Assembly: GCA_030672545.1 (NCBI GenBank)
Contig: DAOVGF010000071.1
Span: 1-43,390 of the forward strand
Length of the DNA stretch: 43,390 bases
Direction: 5' to 3'
DNA from: Candidatus Aerophobota bacterium
Lineage (GTDB): Bacteria > Aerophobota > Aerophobia > Aerophobales > Aerophobaceae
Below, piece by piece: positions 1-10,763 of this stretch. How positions within the stretch are numbered: position 1 is the stretch's first letter; every line of letters begins with the position of its first letter. The translations under genes were made by a program, and so were the position numbers. Under the pieces are notes generated by a model. That model was not told the origin of the DNA, searched no databases, and worked only from the letters and a program-made list of their open reading frames with translations.

Positions 1-128
1 GTTGCCTTGGGCATCCTCGTGACGCTTCGCGGATTGCGGAGCCTGTTTCGAACAAAGTGAGGAATCTCGCTGGCTATGAGATTGCTTCGTAGCTGCGCTC
101 CTCGCAATGTCTAGCAAGAAATCTCAAC
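1..128. repeat. Family-2 dispersed element (copy at window edge)
   Basis: GGATTGCGGAGCCTGTTTCGAACAAAGTGAGGAATCTCGCT (31-71) and GAGATTGCTTCG...CTCCTCGCAATGTC (78-111) ...ATCTCAAC (121-128) align to 13283-13450. Confidence 0.7.
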
Positions 129-226
129 TTTTTTATGAAAACTTTTACCTATTGCAATAATTTATCCCCTTTTAGGGCTCTCTTTACTCTTTCTACGGTC
201 AGATGAGAAGAGCTTTAACAATAAGC

Positions 227-715
227 TCATTTACCGAGCTTCTTACCTAATTCTTCTGCCCATGCTTTAACTTTCTCCACATTACGGTTATCTTTAATGG
301 TGAATCCCAGAATTTTCATTCGTCCTCCAAAGGCTTCGGCGGCCAAGGGTTTTACCTGAAGATACTTTGTCAATGTATTCTGTATGTACTTCTTAATAGC
401 ATGATCATAGCTATCTGGTTCTCCGGCTTCAAGACACGAAAGAAATAATACCACTTTTTTACCTTTAAAATCGTTCTTCTCCAGAAATTTCCAGGCTCCT
501 TTATAAACCTTTCCCATTCTCACTCCACTTCCAACGATGACATTTTTGTATTTGGCAAGGCTAAGAGACGAAGTTTTTCTGAGATCGACTAGGTCTACTT
601 TCAGTCCATATTTGTCTCGTAAAACACCGGCAATCACAGAAGCATTTTCTCTGGTTACCCCACTTTTGGTAACATACGCTATAAGAGCCCTGGTGTTAGT
701 ATGTTTTTTCTTCAT
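227..715 (-). CDS. Flavodoxin-fold protein (flavodoxin domain-containing, HemG-like size)
   Basis: The 162-aa ORF has an N-terminal 'ALIAYVTKSGVTRENA' strand-loop typical of FMN-binding flavodoxin folds. It lies 22 nt downstream of the LOG-like gene on the same strand. Confidence 0.6.
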   Translation of the reverse strand: MKKKHTNTRALIAYVTKSGVTRENASVIAGVLRDKYGLKVDLVDLRKTSSLSLAKYKNVIVGSGVRMGKVYKGAWKFLEKNDFKGKKVVLFLSCLEAGEPDSYDHAIKKYIQNTLTKYLQVKPLAAEAFGGRMKILGFTIKDNRNVEKVKAWAEELGKKLGK

Positions 716-737
716 AACAAAATTACTCCTGATTGGA

Positions 738-1307
738 TTATTTTCCGCTCCCCCCTTGTAATTCTATCAGTCTGTCTACCAAGGAAATGGGATCAGAATC
801 ATAAATCACCCGTGAATCAGTATGCCTGTCCAGGCTTTTTAAGAGGACTTTAATTGCTTCGGTAGTTATACCGCTACTACCTTGCAGTATACCGATGTTC
901 TTACCCAGATCATAGCAAATAGTAAACTCATTCATAGTTCCCGTTCCTCCCCGAATAATTATGGCTGCATCAATCTGGGCAACCGAGGAGACGTTCCGAT
1001 ATTTCTTACAAATAGCGGAGTCATTAGCATAGACATAGCTCTTGGGAACAAATATCAGCTCCGAGAAGCCCTGGGTGGGATAGTGGTCTCTCTGCAAATG
1101 CCCAGCCAAGTCAGTAGCGGGAGAAAAGCCGATACACTGGCCTCCCAACTCCCTGGCACCCAGTACCGCTTGGTAGGGGAGGCCCGGGCAAGCACCGGTT
1201 ACCAGTATGTGTCCTCTTCGAGCTATGTGCTTCCCAATTTCTCGAGCTAACCTCTTTACTTCGCTTGACGCCGAACTATCCGCCGAACCGTAGACACCTA
1301 TCTTCAT
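738..1307 (-). CDS. LOG/TIGR00725-family Rossmann-fold protein
   Basis: The 189-aa ORF carries 'KIGVYGSA', 'LVTGACPG' and 'IIIRGGTGTMNEF' (PGGxGTxxE-like), the motifs of the LOG / lysine-decarboxylase-like family. Confidence 0.65.
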   Translation of the reverse strand: MKIGVYGSADSSASSEVKRLAREIGKHIARRGHILVTGACPGLPYQAVLGARELGGQCIGFSPATDLAGHLQRDHYPTQGFSELIFVPKSYVYANDSAICKKYRNVSSVAQIDAAIIIRGGTGTMNEFTICYDLGKNIGILQGSSGITTEAIKVLLKSLDRHTDSRVIYDSDPISLVDRLIELQGGSGK

Positions 1308-1452
1308 TGTTCATTCTTCCCTTTTATATAACAAGCTACCCAGAAACCAAACCGTCTTTCATTTTCACCAGCTCGTTCCTTGCCGGGACGCAGCATAAGG
1401 AAACCTGCCAAGACAAGTAAACCCGCGAAAACAAACGCCAACGATAACAATC

Positions 1453-1983
1453 CTAATCATTCTGATAATATTTCTTTATAGTGTCCTTGGCTGCCTTTTT
1501 CAATTGTTGAGCTTGCAAGAGGAACCCATTTAACTTTGTTAATACCATTCGTAGCTTGATGTTAGGAAGACTTCGCTTCTTGCTTTTTTGTTCTTCAAAA
1601 TTTTTTATCAGAAAAGATCTTATTTCCTCCCTGCTCATCCACTTGGTGAGGATCTCATCTTTCACGAGTTCAGTCAGCAAATCCTCCAAGACTAAGCCTT
1701 TGGCTAGCATTCTGTCTTTTTCCAGTAAGTTTTTTCTCCGTTGGGCCAATCTTTCGGGTGCGTAGTCTTCTATTGGACCGGCAAATTTCCTGACTTCTTT
1801 CAGGGTCTCTTCATAAAAGGCCTTTCCCCTTCCGAAGTAACCACGGGCACGGTAATAAACGGCCTCTCGCTCGGTAGAGTCTCTTTCTTTCAAGAACTCC
1901 TCAAAAACCTGCATAGACTTAGTTAACAGCTCAAAACTCTGGGAAGCATTCAAATAAATAAGCTTTTCGGCAAGTCCACCCAT
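1453..1983 (-). CDS. Hypothetical alpha-helical protein (start ambiguous)
   Basis: The ORF track begins at a GTG at 2013. I prefer the ATG at 1983, which has AAGGA 8 nt upstream. The sequence is charged and helical, with no motif I recognise. See the finding on the A7 run and the overlapping upstream frame. Confidence 0.5.
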   Translation of the reverse strand: MGGLAEKLIYLNASQSFELLTKSMQVFEEFLKERDSTEREAVYYRARGYFGRGKAFYEETLKEVRKFAGPIEDYAPERLAQRRKNLLEKDRMLAKGLVLEDLLTELVKDEILTKWMSREEIRSFLIKNFEEQKSKKRSLPNIKLRMVLTKLNGFLLQAQQLKKAAKDTIKKYYQND

Positions 1984-2193
1984 TTTGGAAATCCTTTTTT
2001 TCGACGATGGCACCTGTCTATCAATCGTCTTGACCCATCCGCCGCTTCATCAAGATTTATCAACTTCGGCAGACGCTTGGCTAACTCCTTGAGTTTTTCT
2101 CCATCAGGAAATTTTCCCCAGAAGACTTTTTCTTTCCCCAAGAGACATATTAGCAGATTTTGCCAATCGGTCAAAACATCTTGATGCGGCAAA

Positions 2194-2222
2194 TTGACTA
2201 GAACAGGCAAATCTGATACAGT
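2194..2222 (+). promoter_or_regulatory. Candidate sigma70-type promoter for the MFS gene (TTGACT-17 nt-TACAGT)
   Basis: TTGACT lies at 2194-2199 and TACAGT at 2217-2222, with a 17-nt spacer. The -10 element ends 8 nt before the ATG at 2231, and no SD is visible. Confidence 0.4.
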
Positions 2223-2230
2223 CTTTAGCT

Positions 2231-3394
2231 ATGAAAAATTCGCCGGCAAATACTCTTTTTCTGGTATCTATAGGACACAGCTATAATGATGTATTCTGGC
2301 TTTTTCTTCCCCTGGCGCTACCCATTCTAAGAAATGAGTTTCACCTGAATTATACTCAAAGCGGTTTTCTTTTATCATTTTATACTTTCGTAATTGCGGT
2401 CTTTTCTTTCTTGAGCGGACATTTAGGGGATGTATATGGACGAGAAAAGATACTTTCCCTGGGCTTCTTACTTACAGCCGTAAGCTACACCTCTCTTGTT
2501 TTTCTGAAATCCTTTACCTGGATGCTGCTCATACTCACCGTAGCCGGCATAGGAGTGAGCACCTTTCATTCTCTTGCCCCTCCCCTTCTCGGTGAACGGT
2601 TCCAGCAGAGAAAAGGAATTGTTTTCGGGATCTTTGAGGCCAGCGGAAGTGCCGGCATCATCCTGATGGTATGTTTTTTTGGTTTATTGGTAGATAATCT
2701 CGGATGGCGCCTAATCATTGCTTCCATTGCCATACTGGGACTACCTCTGGCTCTGGCATTTCATAAGAAAGATCTACCAGTCTTTTTTGAATCGGAAAGA
2801 ACACAAAGAATTTATCCCTCTCCAAGAGATATGGTAATATTTTTCCTATCCAGAGCCCTAAGAACTTTGGGAATTGTAGTCATAGTATCCTTCGTCCCGC
2901 TTTTTGTGGTGGATATTCTGGGTTTGGATATTCAAAAAGCCTCTTTCTTTTCAGGGATGATCTTTCTCGGTGCGATCATTGGTTCACTCCTAACCGGATG
3001 GCTTTCCGAAAGTTACTCTCCACTAAGTGTTATTGTCATTCTTAACTTAGTGATTATCCCCGTTGTATTAGGGATAACTTTCCTCGGTTCTCCATTGATA
3101 ATTGCTCTTCTCTTGGTAGCACTGGGAATATGTTACATTGGTTTCTTTCCACCCCAGAGCCTCTGGCTATCTCAGGTTAGTCCTCGGGCCATACAAGGTA
3201 AAATGTTTGGAGTAGGAATGACTCTGGATACCATGGCAACGGCTATTGCTCCAGGTTTATTCGGATTTATCGGGGATCGCTGGAACCTGGTAACTTCCTT
3301 TCGCTGGACACTGCTGCCTCTCACCGTGGCTGCCGCGCTATTTGTGGCCCTACGCTACTCAGTATCTTGCTCTACCAGATTAAAGACAACTTAA
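2231..3394 (+). CDS. MFS transporter
   Basis: The 387-aa ORF has about 12 hydrophobic segments. The loop 'GHLGDVYGREKIL' after TM2 matches the MFS signature position. Confidence 0.8.
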   Translation: MKNSPANTLFLVSIGHSYNDVFWLFLPLALPILRNEFHLNYTQSGFLLSFYTFVIAVFSFLSGHLGDVYGREKILSLGFLLTAVSYTSLVFLKSFTWMLLILTVAGIGVSTFHSLAPPLLGERFQQRKGIVFGIFEASGSAGIILMVCFFGLLVDNLGWRLIIASIAILGLPLALAFHKKDLPVFFESERTQRIYPSPRDMVIFFLSRALRTLGIVVIVSFVPLFVVDILGLDIQKASFFSGMIFLGAIIGSLLTGWLSESYSPLSVIVILNLVIIPVVLGITFLGSPLIIALLLVALGICYIGFFPPQSLWLSQVSPRAIQGKMFGVGMTLDTMATAIAPGLFGFIGDRWNLVTSFRWTLLPLTVAAALFVALRYSVSCSTRLKTT

Positions 3395-3483
3395 AATAGC
3401 AGATTGCCCTGGAAATAAGAAAGAATTAATCTAAAATTAGTTTCACTGGGAAGATTTCAACAGAACTAATTGAGATAATTCTC

Positions 3484-3843
3484 ATGATAGAAAAAAAAGA
3501 ATTAGAAAAATTTATACGGGAAGAAATGAAATCTAAAATTGCCCGATATCCGATATTCCGGGAAGTAGTCTACAAATCATTAACATCTGTCTATGAGCTT
3601 ATAGAGAGAACAAAAAGAAAATATACACTATTGGCCTACGTACGAAAAACCCAGGATGGATTTGAGGAAAATGTTCTTCATATACAAATGCACTTTAAGA
3701 ATCTATCTGAGAGGGATATGTTATGGAACAAGGCCAGTGAAAAACTGGTGGAAAACATTAACAATGGAATGAAAAAGGTTTCTAACTCACAAGAAAAATT
3801 GGAAATTGAAAACATTCTCTGCTCAATAAGGTCTAAGAAGTAG
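3484..3843 (+). CDS. Hypothetical Lys/Glu-rich protein
   Basis: The 119-aa ORF has an ATG start and is visibly more A/T-rich than its neighbours. It has no clear SD and no recognisable motif. Confidence 0.4.
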   Translation: MIEKKELEKFIREEMKSKIARYPIFREVVYKSLTSVYELIERTKRKYTLLAYVRKTQDGFEENVLHIQMHFKNLSERDMLWNKASEKLVENINNGMKKVSNSQEKLEIENILCSIRSKK

Positions 3844-3864
3844 CTCGGGAAAACAATTCTTGCT

Positions 3865-5544
3865 TCAAGCCAGTCCTTCAATCATTTGGTGCAGAGCGGC
3901 TCCGGCAGGAACCATAGGATAGACATTCTCTTCTCGATCTACTCTAAAATCCATAATTACCGGGCCATCAGTAGCCAGTGCTTCTTTGATAGCTGACTCT
4001 ACCTTTTCTTTTTTCTCGATTCGTATTCCTTTAACTCCGTAAGCTTCGGCTACTTTAACAAAATCTGGTCTTCCCACTAAATCCACTTGAGAATAGCGCG
4101 ACTTATAAAACAATTGTTGCCACTGACGAACCATTCCTAAATACCCGTTATTCAAAATAGCCACTTTAACCGGGACATTATAATTGGCTACCGTGGCTAA
4201 TTCTTGAATATTCATTTGGAAGGACCCATCTCCAGCAATATCAAAAACAACTCTCTCAGGCAGACCAATTTGAGCACCTATAGCCGCCGGAAAGCCATAA
4301 CCCATAGTTCCCAGTCCTCCCGAAGAGATGAAGGTGCGAGGTTTGGTATAGCGATAGAATTGGGCAGCCCACATCTGATTTTGCCCCACCTCAGTGGTAA
4401 TCACCGCCTTCCCCTCGGTTAACTCATAAATCTTCTCTATCACGAACTGAGGCTTCAAATCACCATTTTTATCGTACTTTAACGGGTATTGTTCTTTCCA
4501 ACGCACAATCTTTCTCAACCAGGTCTCCCGACCCTTTCCCTTGTTGGTAAGTTTGATAAGTTGAGCCAGAACCTCCGTTACATCTCCCACAATGGGCAAA
4601 TCAACTCTAACATTTTTACTGATAGCTGTTGGGTCAATATCTATGTGAATTATTTTGGCCTGAGCAGCAAATTCGGATGTTTTTGCCGTTACCCGGTCAT
4701 CGAATCGAGCCCCCATAGCAATAATCAGGTCAGCCTCGCTAACAGCATAATTTGCCCAAAACGTCCCGTGCATACCAAGCATCTGCAGAGACAGAGGGTC
4801 ATCTTCAGGAAAAACTCCCAGACCCATTAGAGTCGTAGTTACCGGGATAGAAGTCTGGTGAGCAAACTCAATTAACTTCTCGGAAGCATTCGAGGCAACT
4901 ACACCTCCTCCAGCATAAATAACCGGTCTTTTGGAGCCATTTATTACTCGAGCTGCTTTTTCTATCTGTCTGAGATTTCCTTTGTAGACGGGACGATAAC
5001 TCCTAATCTTGACCTGACGAGGGTACTCCACAGTTGTCCGGGTATTAAGTATATCTTTGGGTAAATCCACCAGAACCGGCCCGGGCCTACCGGTCTTAGC
5101 TATATAAAAAGCTTCTTTTAATACTAGGGGTAGTTCATCTATATCTTTTACCAGATAATTGTGTTTGGTAATGGAATAGGTAATTCCGGTAATATTAGCT
5201 TCTTGAAAGGCATCATTTCCAATCATAGAAGTGGGAACCTGACCAGTAAGAGCTACCAAAGGAACCGAGTCCATATAAGCGGTGGCTAATCCAGTAACCA
5301 GATTAGTAGCTCCCGGACCCGAAGTAGCCATACAAACTCCTATCTTACCAGTGGCCCGGGCATACCCATCGGCAGCGTGAGCGGCAGCCTGCTCATGTCT
5401 AACTAAAATATGCCTTAGCTTAGAAACATCGTGAAGAACATTATAAAGGGGAATCATGGCCCCTCCAGGATAGCCAAAAACAGTATCCACCTTTTCCTTT
5501 ATCAGAGCTTCGATGACCACTTCAGCTCCTATTCTATTTTTCAA
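3865..5544 (-). CDS. ilvB: Acetolactate synthase (acetohydroxyacid synthase) large subunit
   Basis: The 559-aa ORF carries '[13 protein letters not shown]' and the ThDP motif '[14 protein letters not shown]...NN'. It uses a TTG start with GGGAGG 5 nt upstream. Confidence 0.9.
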   Translation of the reverse strand: MKNRIGAEVVIEALIKEKVDTVFGYPGGAMIPLYNVLHDVSKLRHILVRHEQAAAHAADGYARATGKIGVCMATSGPGATNLVTGLATAYMDSVPLVALTGQVPTSMIGNDAFQEANITGITYSITKHNYLVKDIDELPLVLKEAFYIAKTGRPGPVLVDLPKDILNTRTTVEYPRQVKIRSYRPVYKGNLRQIEKAARVINGSKRPVIYAGGGVVASNASEKLIEFAHQTSIPVTTTLMGLGVFPEDDPLSLQMLGMHGTFWANYAVSEADLIIAMGARFDDRVTAKTSEFAAQAKIIHIDIDPTAISKNVRVDLPIVGDVTEVLAQLIKLTNKGKGRETWLRKIVRWKEQYPLKYDKNGDLKPQFVIEKIYELTEGKAVITTEVGQNQMWAAQFYRYTKPRTFISSGGLGTMGYGFPAAIGAQIGLPERVVFDIAGDGSFQMNIQELATVANYNVPVKVAILNNGYLGMVRQWQQLFYKSRYSQVDLVGRPDFVKVAEAYGVKGIRIEKKEKVESAIKEALATDGPVIMDFRVDREENVYPMVPAGAALHQMIEGLA

Positions 5545-5565
5545 CGGTGCCTCCCGGAAAAGTAA

Positions 5566-8109
5566 TTAGCTTCTTCCACAGCAATGTTTATATTTCTTTC
5601 CACTCCCGCAAGGACAAGGATCGTTACGACCGATTTTGGATTTTACCCTTACCGGAGAAGTTTCCCTTTGGGAAGAAAAGAAGCCATCTCCGCCGGTAGG
5701 ATTTGTTCCTACCAACACTGGTTCAGGCCTGAATGGAGTCTTAATAGAAGAAGAAGTCCTTGCCACCTCCACTTTGAAAACGAATTCGGCTACTTCTTCT
5801 CTAATCCGCTGAATCATGTCCTCGAACATGCTATAAGCTTCCCTTTTATACTCAATTAGAGGGTCCCTTTGGGCATATCCACGAAGACCAATGCCTTCCT
5901 TGAGATGATCCATATCATAGAGATGACCCTTCCATTGTGAATCCACAGCATGAAGGAGAATCATTCGTTCCAACTCCCGCGTCAACTCTGAACCAATTAT
6001 TCTCTCTTTCTCCTTATACGCACTCCTAACCTTCTCCAGTATTTTCTCTTTTAGCTCCTCAGCACTGTAAATGCCTTTCAGATAATCCGAGGGAAGAGAA
6101 ACTTTGAAGATTTGCTTAACTTTGCTGACTAAATCCCCAATATTCCATTCCTCGGGCCTGATTTTCTCATCAGCACAAAGATGAACGATTGAGGCAATTG
6201 TTTGTTCGATCATCTCCTCAACATTCTCTGCTAAATCTTTTTCTTCCAGAATCTTGTTTCGTTCGCGGTAGATTATGGTCCGCTGTTGATTCATCACATC
6301 ATCGTACTCCAAAAGCTGTTTTCTTATGTCAAAATTTCTACCTTCGACCCGTTCCTGAGCTTTTTCCAGAGCCCGGGAAATCCAGGGATGCTCAATAGAT
6401 TGATCCTCAGGTATCTTCAATCTGGTCATAACCGCGGCAATTCTTTCTGAACCAAAGAGACGCATAAGTTCATCTTCCAGAGAAACGTAAAACAAACTGG
6501 CTCCCGGTGCACCTTGCCGTCCCGACCTTCCCCTTAATTGATTATCAATTCGTCGAGACTCGTGACGCTCCGTTCCGATGACGAAGAGACCCTCTAATTC
6601 CTCCACCCTTTCCCCTAACTTTATATCTGTCCCCCGACCGGCCATATTGGTAGCAATAGTAACAGCCCGTTTTTGTCCGGCCTGAGCTACAATTTGAGCT
6701 TCTTTTTCGTGATACTTGGCGTTGAGAACGGTATGAGGAATGCCCTTTGTTCGGAGCATCTTGCTCAATTGCTCTGATTTTTCCACTGACCTTGTCCCCA
6801 CTAAAACTGGTCTTTCCATTTGATAGAGCCGTTCTACTTCCTCTATCACCGCCTCAAACTTTGATCTTCCAGTCTGATAAATCTTATCAGGCACATCCTC
6901 TCTACGAACAGGTTTATCGGTGGGAATCACCACTACCTCAAGCCCATAAATCTTCAGAAATTCGTCGGCTTCAGTGATAGCCGTTCCCGTCATTCCAGAT
7001 AATTTCTTATACATGCGGAAATAATTTTGCAGGGTGACCGTTGCCAGGGTCTGGTTTTCATTTCGAATAGTCACTCCCTCTTTGGCCTCCACGGCCTGGT
7101 GAAGTCCATCACTCCAACGGCGCCCCGGCATCAGCCGACCAGTGAACTCATCAATAATGACCACTTCTCCCTGCTTGACCAGGTAGTCACGATCTCTTTC
7201 ATAAAGATTATGAGCCCGGATAGCCTGATTAATATGGCGAGCATAGTCTACTTTACCCACATCCTGATAAAGATTACTCACTCCTAATAGTTTCTCAGTT
7301 TTGGAAACTCCGCTTTCAGTTAGTGCTACCGTATGATCCTTTTCATCAACCTCGTAGTCTTTATCTTTTTGGAGATGTCTGACCACTCTATTTATTTGAT
7401 AATAAAGGTCGGTGGATTCCTCGGCCGGTCCGGAGATAATAAGAGGAGTTCTGGCCTCGTCTATGAGAATACTGTCAACTTCGTCTACTATAGCATAGTT
7501 ATAGTATGTCTGAACTCGATCCTCTTTTCTCAAAGCCATATTATCCCGTAGATAGTCAAAACCGAATTCGTTGTTAGTTCCATAAGTAATGTCGCACTCA
7601 TAAGCTGGTTTTCTTTCCTCGGGAGTCATCCCACTTTGTATTACTCCTATCGAGAGTCCCAGAAACTCATAAATAGGACCCATCCACTCTTTATCCCGCC
7701 GAGCCAGATAATCATTCACGGTAACTACATGAACTCCTTTTTCCTCTAAAGCGTTAAGATAAACGGTCAGAGTAGCTACCAGAGTTTTACCTTCTCCATT
7801 AGCCATTTCCGCAATCACCCCCTGGTGCAGGACTATTCCTCCAATAAGTTGCACATCATGATGGCGAAGGCCAATGGTCCTTTTGGCCGCTTCCCGAACC
7901 ACAGCGAAGGCCTCGGGAAGCAAATCGTCCAGAGTCTTTCCGCTTTTCAAGCGACCTCGAAACTCGTCAGTTTTCTCTCCCAGAGCTTTATCGGAAAGAG
8001 TAGATATTTTCTTCTCCAAACTGTTGATTTTGTTAACCAAAGGCATGAGTTTCTTGATAGTTCTTTCTTGCTGGCTTCCAAATACTTTGGATAACAGTTT
8101 ATCTATCAT
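5566..8109 (-). CDS. secA: Preprotein translocase ATPase SecA
   Basis: The 847-aa ORF has the DEAD-like motor motifs ('[13 protein letters not shown]', '[20 protein letters not shown]') and the C-terminal zinc motif '[14 protein letters not shown]'. Confidence 0.97.
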   Translation of the reverse strand: MIDKLLSKVFGSQQERTIKKLMPLVNKINSLEKKISTLSDKALGEKTDEFRGRLKSGKTLDDLLPEAFAVVREAAKRTIGLRHHDVQLIGGIVLHQGVIAEMANGEGKTLVATLTVYLNALEEKGVHVVTVNDYLARRDKEWMGPIYEFLGLSIGVIQSGMTPEERKPAYECDITYGTNNEFGFDYLRDNMALRKEDRVQTYYNYAIVDEVDSILIDEARTPLIISGPAEESTDLYYQINRVVRHLQKDKDYEVDEKDHTVALTESGVSKTEKLLGVSNLYQDVGKVDYARHINQAIRAHNLYERDRDYLVKQGEVVIIDEFTGRLMPGRRWSDGLHQAVEAKEGVTIRNENQTLATVTLQNYFRMYKKLSGMTGTAITEADEFLKIYGLEVVVIPTDKPVRREDVPDKIYQTGRSKFEAVIEEVERLYQMERPVLVGTRSVEKSEQLSKMLRTKGIPHTVLNAKYHEKEAQIVAQAGQKRAVTIATNMAGRGTDIKLGERVEELEGLFVIGTERHESRRIDNQLRGRSGRQGAPGASLFYVSLEDELMRLFGSERIAAVMTRLKIPEDQSIEHPWISRALEKAQERVEGRNFDIRKQLLEYDDVMNQQRTIIYRERNKILEEKDLAENVEEMIEQTIASIVHLCADEKIRPEEWNIGDLVSKVKQIFKVSLPSDYLKGIYSAEELKEKILEKVRSAYKEKERIIGSELTRELERMILLHAVDSQWKGHLYDMDHLKEGIGLRGYAQRDPLIEYKREAYSMFEDMIQRIREEVAEFVFKVEVARTSSSIKTPFRPEPVLVGTNPTGGDGFFSSQRETSPVRVKSKIGRNDPCPCGSGKKYKHCCGRS

Positions 8110-8179
8110 TCACCAAACCTCCTCACCTTCAAGTTAAGATGGCTTCATTCTTTGATAAACCCACTTTAACTCAGCCGAT

Positions 8180-8207
8180 ATTATATCACCTTTAGTTAGA
8201 TAATCAA
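8180..8207 (-). promoter_or_regulatory. Candidate sigma70 promoter for secA (TTGATT-16 nt-TGaTATAAT)
   Basis: On the minus strand, TTGATT lies at 8207-8202 and a perfect TATAAT at 8185-8180, preceded by an extended -10 TG. The element sits about 70 nt upstream of the secA ATG. Confidence 0.55.
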
Positions 8208-8252
8208 GGGGAGTCTTAGAAGTTTTGCCAAAATTCTTGTGGTGCTTCCTAC

Positions 8253-9092
8253 TCAGGGCCTAAGAATATCTTTCCTTCGTAGGAGAGTTATGGAAGCGAT
8301 TAGGGGAATTAAGGTTAATCCTCCCAGGGTGACCATTATTGATTTAAATAAGAGTCTTAAGGAAACTTGGGAAGAGATTCCTCCTCCTAAAAAAAGAGTG
8401 GCTTTTCCCCCGGATAGGTAACCTATGATATTATCTACATAATGAGAAAGGGAGAATTTCTCCAGCAGATCGGAGGCAGAGAGGGGAAGATAAAGAACCA
8501 TCCAATCAAAAACGTACCAGGCCATTAGTAACAGAAAACCGGCTAAAATTGCCGCCAGAGTGTTCTCCATCAAGGTGGAAAAAAGAGTGGAAATAGAAGT
8601 ATAGACAATTCCTATCAATAAAAGAGCAATTACATAACTAAAAAACAGACGGGTCTCGATCAAACCAATTCCTAAGAAATCCAAAGCGATATTAAAGAGG
8701 GTTAATTTAAGGAAAACTAAAATTGAGAAGATGAATAAAAATGACAAATACTTGCCCATGATAATTTCCCAGGGTTTTAATGGTTTAGATATTAAAAGCT
8801 GGAGCATTCCTCTTTTTCTTTCTCCAGCCAGGAAATCACTGGCATTGATAATGGCCGCCAAAGCTACCGGTAGAGGGGCCACATCCAAATAAACCATCAG
8901 ACAAATTTTGGGAGTTACCTGGGTTATCCATCCTCCGGTCATCCGGGCAATTATGGAGGGGTGATGGTACATCATATAGGAGAACCATATCCCAATCACC
9001 GCCGGGAGAAAGATCAGTAGCAAAGAAAAGATGAATCGGCGAGAAGATAAATAATTAACCGTTTCCTGGGAGAAAATGATGGGTAAATACAT
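8253..9092 (-). CDS. ABC-2 type (NosY/GldF-like) transporter permease
   Basis: The 279-aa polytopic ORF has 'AGERKRGMLQLLISKPLKPWEIIMGKYLS', which matches the ABC-2 permease loop pattern. Its start overlaps the stop of the ATPase gene by 1 nt. Confidence 0.75.
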   Translation of the reverse strand: MYLPIIFSQETVNYLSSRRFIFSLLLIFLPAVIGIWFSYMMYHHPSIIARMTGGWITQVTPKICLMVYLDVAPLPVALAAIINASDFLAGERKRGMLQLLISKPLKPWEIIMGKYLSFLFIFSILVFLKLTLFNIALDFLGIGLIETRLFFSYVIALLLIGIVYTSISTLFSTLMENTLAAILAGFLLLMAWYVFDWMVLYLPLSASDLLEKFSLSHYVDNIIGYLSGGKATLFLGGGISSQVSLRLLFKSIMVTLGGLTLIPLIASITLLRRKDILRP

Positions 9093-9817
9093 TAAGGTCC
9101 CTTTCCCATTAAAGCTTTTCGGTAAAACAAAGAGAGCCCTCCTTCCCCCTTAATCTCTTCTACCATTCCCTGGAAGAGAAGTTTTCCGTTGCTAATTATA
9201 GCAATAGAGTCGGCCACCTGCTCAATCTCCACCAAGAGATGGGTAGAGAGGAATACCGTTTTCCCTTGCTCGCCTATTTGCTTGATCCTGTCCAGTACTC
9301 TCTCTCTTTCCAGAGGATCTAGACCTTTGGTGGGCTCGTCTAAGAAAACAATTTCCGGATCATTGAGGAGTGACTGAGCAAAAGCTAATCTTTGTCTCAT
9401 CCCGGCTGAATATTTCCTTATTTTCACCTTCTCCCATTTTTTTAAACTGACTTCTCTCAAGAGTCCTTTAGCCCTGTCCCTGGCTTCTTCTTTACCCAAT
9501 CCAGTCAGTCTGGCCATATATTTCAGGAAATTCATTCCCTTCATATCCTCATACAATCCTGTATATTCAGGTAAATAGCCAATATTTCTCTTAATTAAGC
9601 GGGACTCTCTAGCAAAATCATATCCTAGAATCTTTATTGAACCGGAGGTAGGTCGAATAATACCGGTTAAAATCTGAATGAGGGTACTCTTGCCTGATCC
9701 ATTTGGTCCCAAAAGACCAAAAATTCCTCTTTGAATATTGAGGGAAAGATTAGAGATAGCTTTAATATCGCCAGAATATATCTTGGTGAGATTGGTTATT
9801 TTTATTATTGTTTCCAT
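9092..9817 (-). CDS. ABC transporter ATP-binding protein
   Basis: The ORF has Walker A 'GPNGSGKST', the signature 'YSAGMRQRL' and Walker B 'VFLDEPT'. Confidence 0.9.
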   Translation of the reverse strand: METIIKITNLTKIYSGDIKAISNLSLNIQRGIFGLLGPNGSGKSTLIQILTGIIRPTSGSIKILGYDFARESRLIKRNIGYLPEYTGLYEDMKGMNFLKYMARLTGLGKEEARDRAKGLLREVSLKKWEKVKIRKYSAGMRQRLAFAQSLLNDPEIVFLDEPTKGLDPLERERVLDRIKQIGEQGKTVFLSTHLLVEIEQVADSIAIISNGKLLFQGMVEEIKGEGGLSLFYRKALMGKGP

Positions 9818-9833
9818 AGGGGTTTCTCAAAGA

Positions 9834-10715
9834 TCAAAACCCCATTCCCAGAGAAACTCTATGGCTATTTCCTAAATCTCCGTAGGGCACATAGGCGTAA
9901 TCAAGAGAAACGCTGGAAAGATTAAATCCTAATCCGGCGCTGTAGCCTTCCCCAACATCTTTTCCCGTTCGGTAACCAGCCCTTAAGGTGAAGAATGAAC
10001 TAAGAGGGTATTCTATTCCCGCAGCATAGTAGGAATCATTATCATTGGGAAAGACCGCATCAAAACTCAAAGTGGAGGATAAAACCTTCAAGGCTGCTCC
10101 CGCCCGTAAGATAAGGGGAAGATCGTCTTCTCCCAGGCTTGACCCAATATTTTGGGCCGAAGCTCCCAGGGATATGTTTGAAGTTGGCTTTATCATTACC
10201 CCAATGTTACCAAGAAAAGCAGATTTTTTGTCTTCAGCAATGGTATCCTCCAGGTATCCCCCGGAGAGACCCAGCATTAGGCCTGGTGAGATCTCTCTGG
10301 CATAACCCAAACTTAGATAAAGGTCCGAAGCCGAGAAAATACCTTCTGGATTTCCCCATTGATCCCTTTTTTCCAGTTCTCCCATATTTATATAGTTCAC
10401 TCCGGCGGCCAGGACGCCCTTTAAAGAAGGAAAAGAGAAACTCAAGTATCCTTGAGAAATACCCTGAAACCACACATTGTAGGTAGCAAAAAACTCCTTC
10501 TCTTTGAGCTGGGCCAGCCCGGCTGGATTCCAGTATAGAGCCGAACCGTCATCCGACAAAGCAGTATAAGCTCCTCCCAGAGCTTCTGCTCTTGCTCCGA
10601 TACCAATCTTGAGAAAATTAGCCCCGGTGGTTCCGGGACCTTGAGCCCAACAAGTCAGACCAGTAATTAATGATAAGAGAATTGTTAGAGTAACCCCGGT
10701 TAATATTTTTTTCAT
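9834..10715 (-). CDS. PorV/PorQ-family outer-membrane beta-barrel protein
   Basis: I moved the start to the ATG at 10715, which has GGGAG upstream; the track ORF starts at a GTG at 10763. The protein has a signal peptide and 'GANFLKIGIGARAEALGGAYTALSDDGSALYWNPAGLA', typical of PorV/PorQ-like proteins. It ends in an aromatic residue ('...LGMGF'). Confidence 0.65.
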   Translation of the reverse strand: MKKILTGVTLTILLSLITGLTCWAQGPGTTGANFLKIGIGARAEALGGAYTALSDDGSALYWNPAGLAQLKEKEFFATYNVWFQGISQGYLSFSFPSLKGVLAAGVNYINMGELEKRDQWGNPEGIFSASDLYLSLGYAREISPGLMLGLSGGYLEDTIAEDKKSAFLGNIGVMIKPTSNISLGASAQNIGSSLGEDDLPLILRAGAALKVLSSTLSFDAVFPNDNDSYYAAGIEYPLSSFFTLRAGYRTGKDVGEGYSAGLGFNLSSVSLDYAYVPYGDLGNSHRVSLGMGF

Positions 10716-10763
10716 TGGTTTTCTCCCTTTATTCAACTTAGTAGAACAAAACGAGATGGCCAC

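Noticed and set aside
8239-8421. A plus-strand 60-aa ORF lies at the 3' end of the ABC-2 permease gene.
   Set aside because: It is antisense to the permease coding region, has no SD and has no distinctive sequence features.
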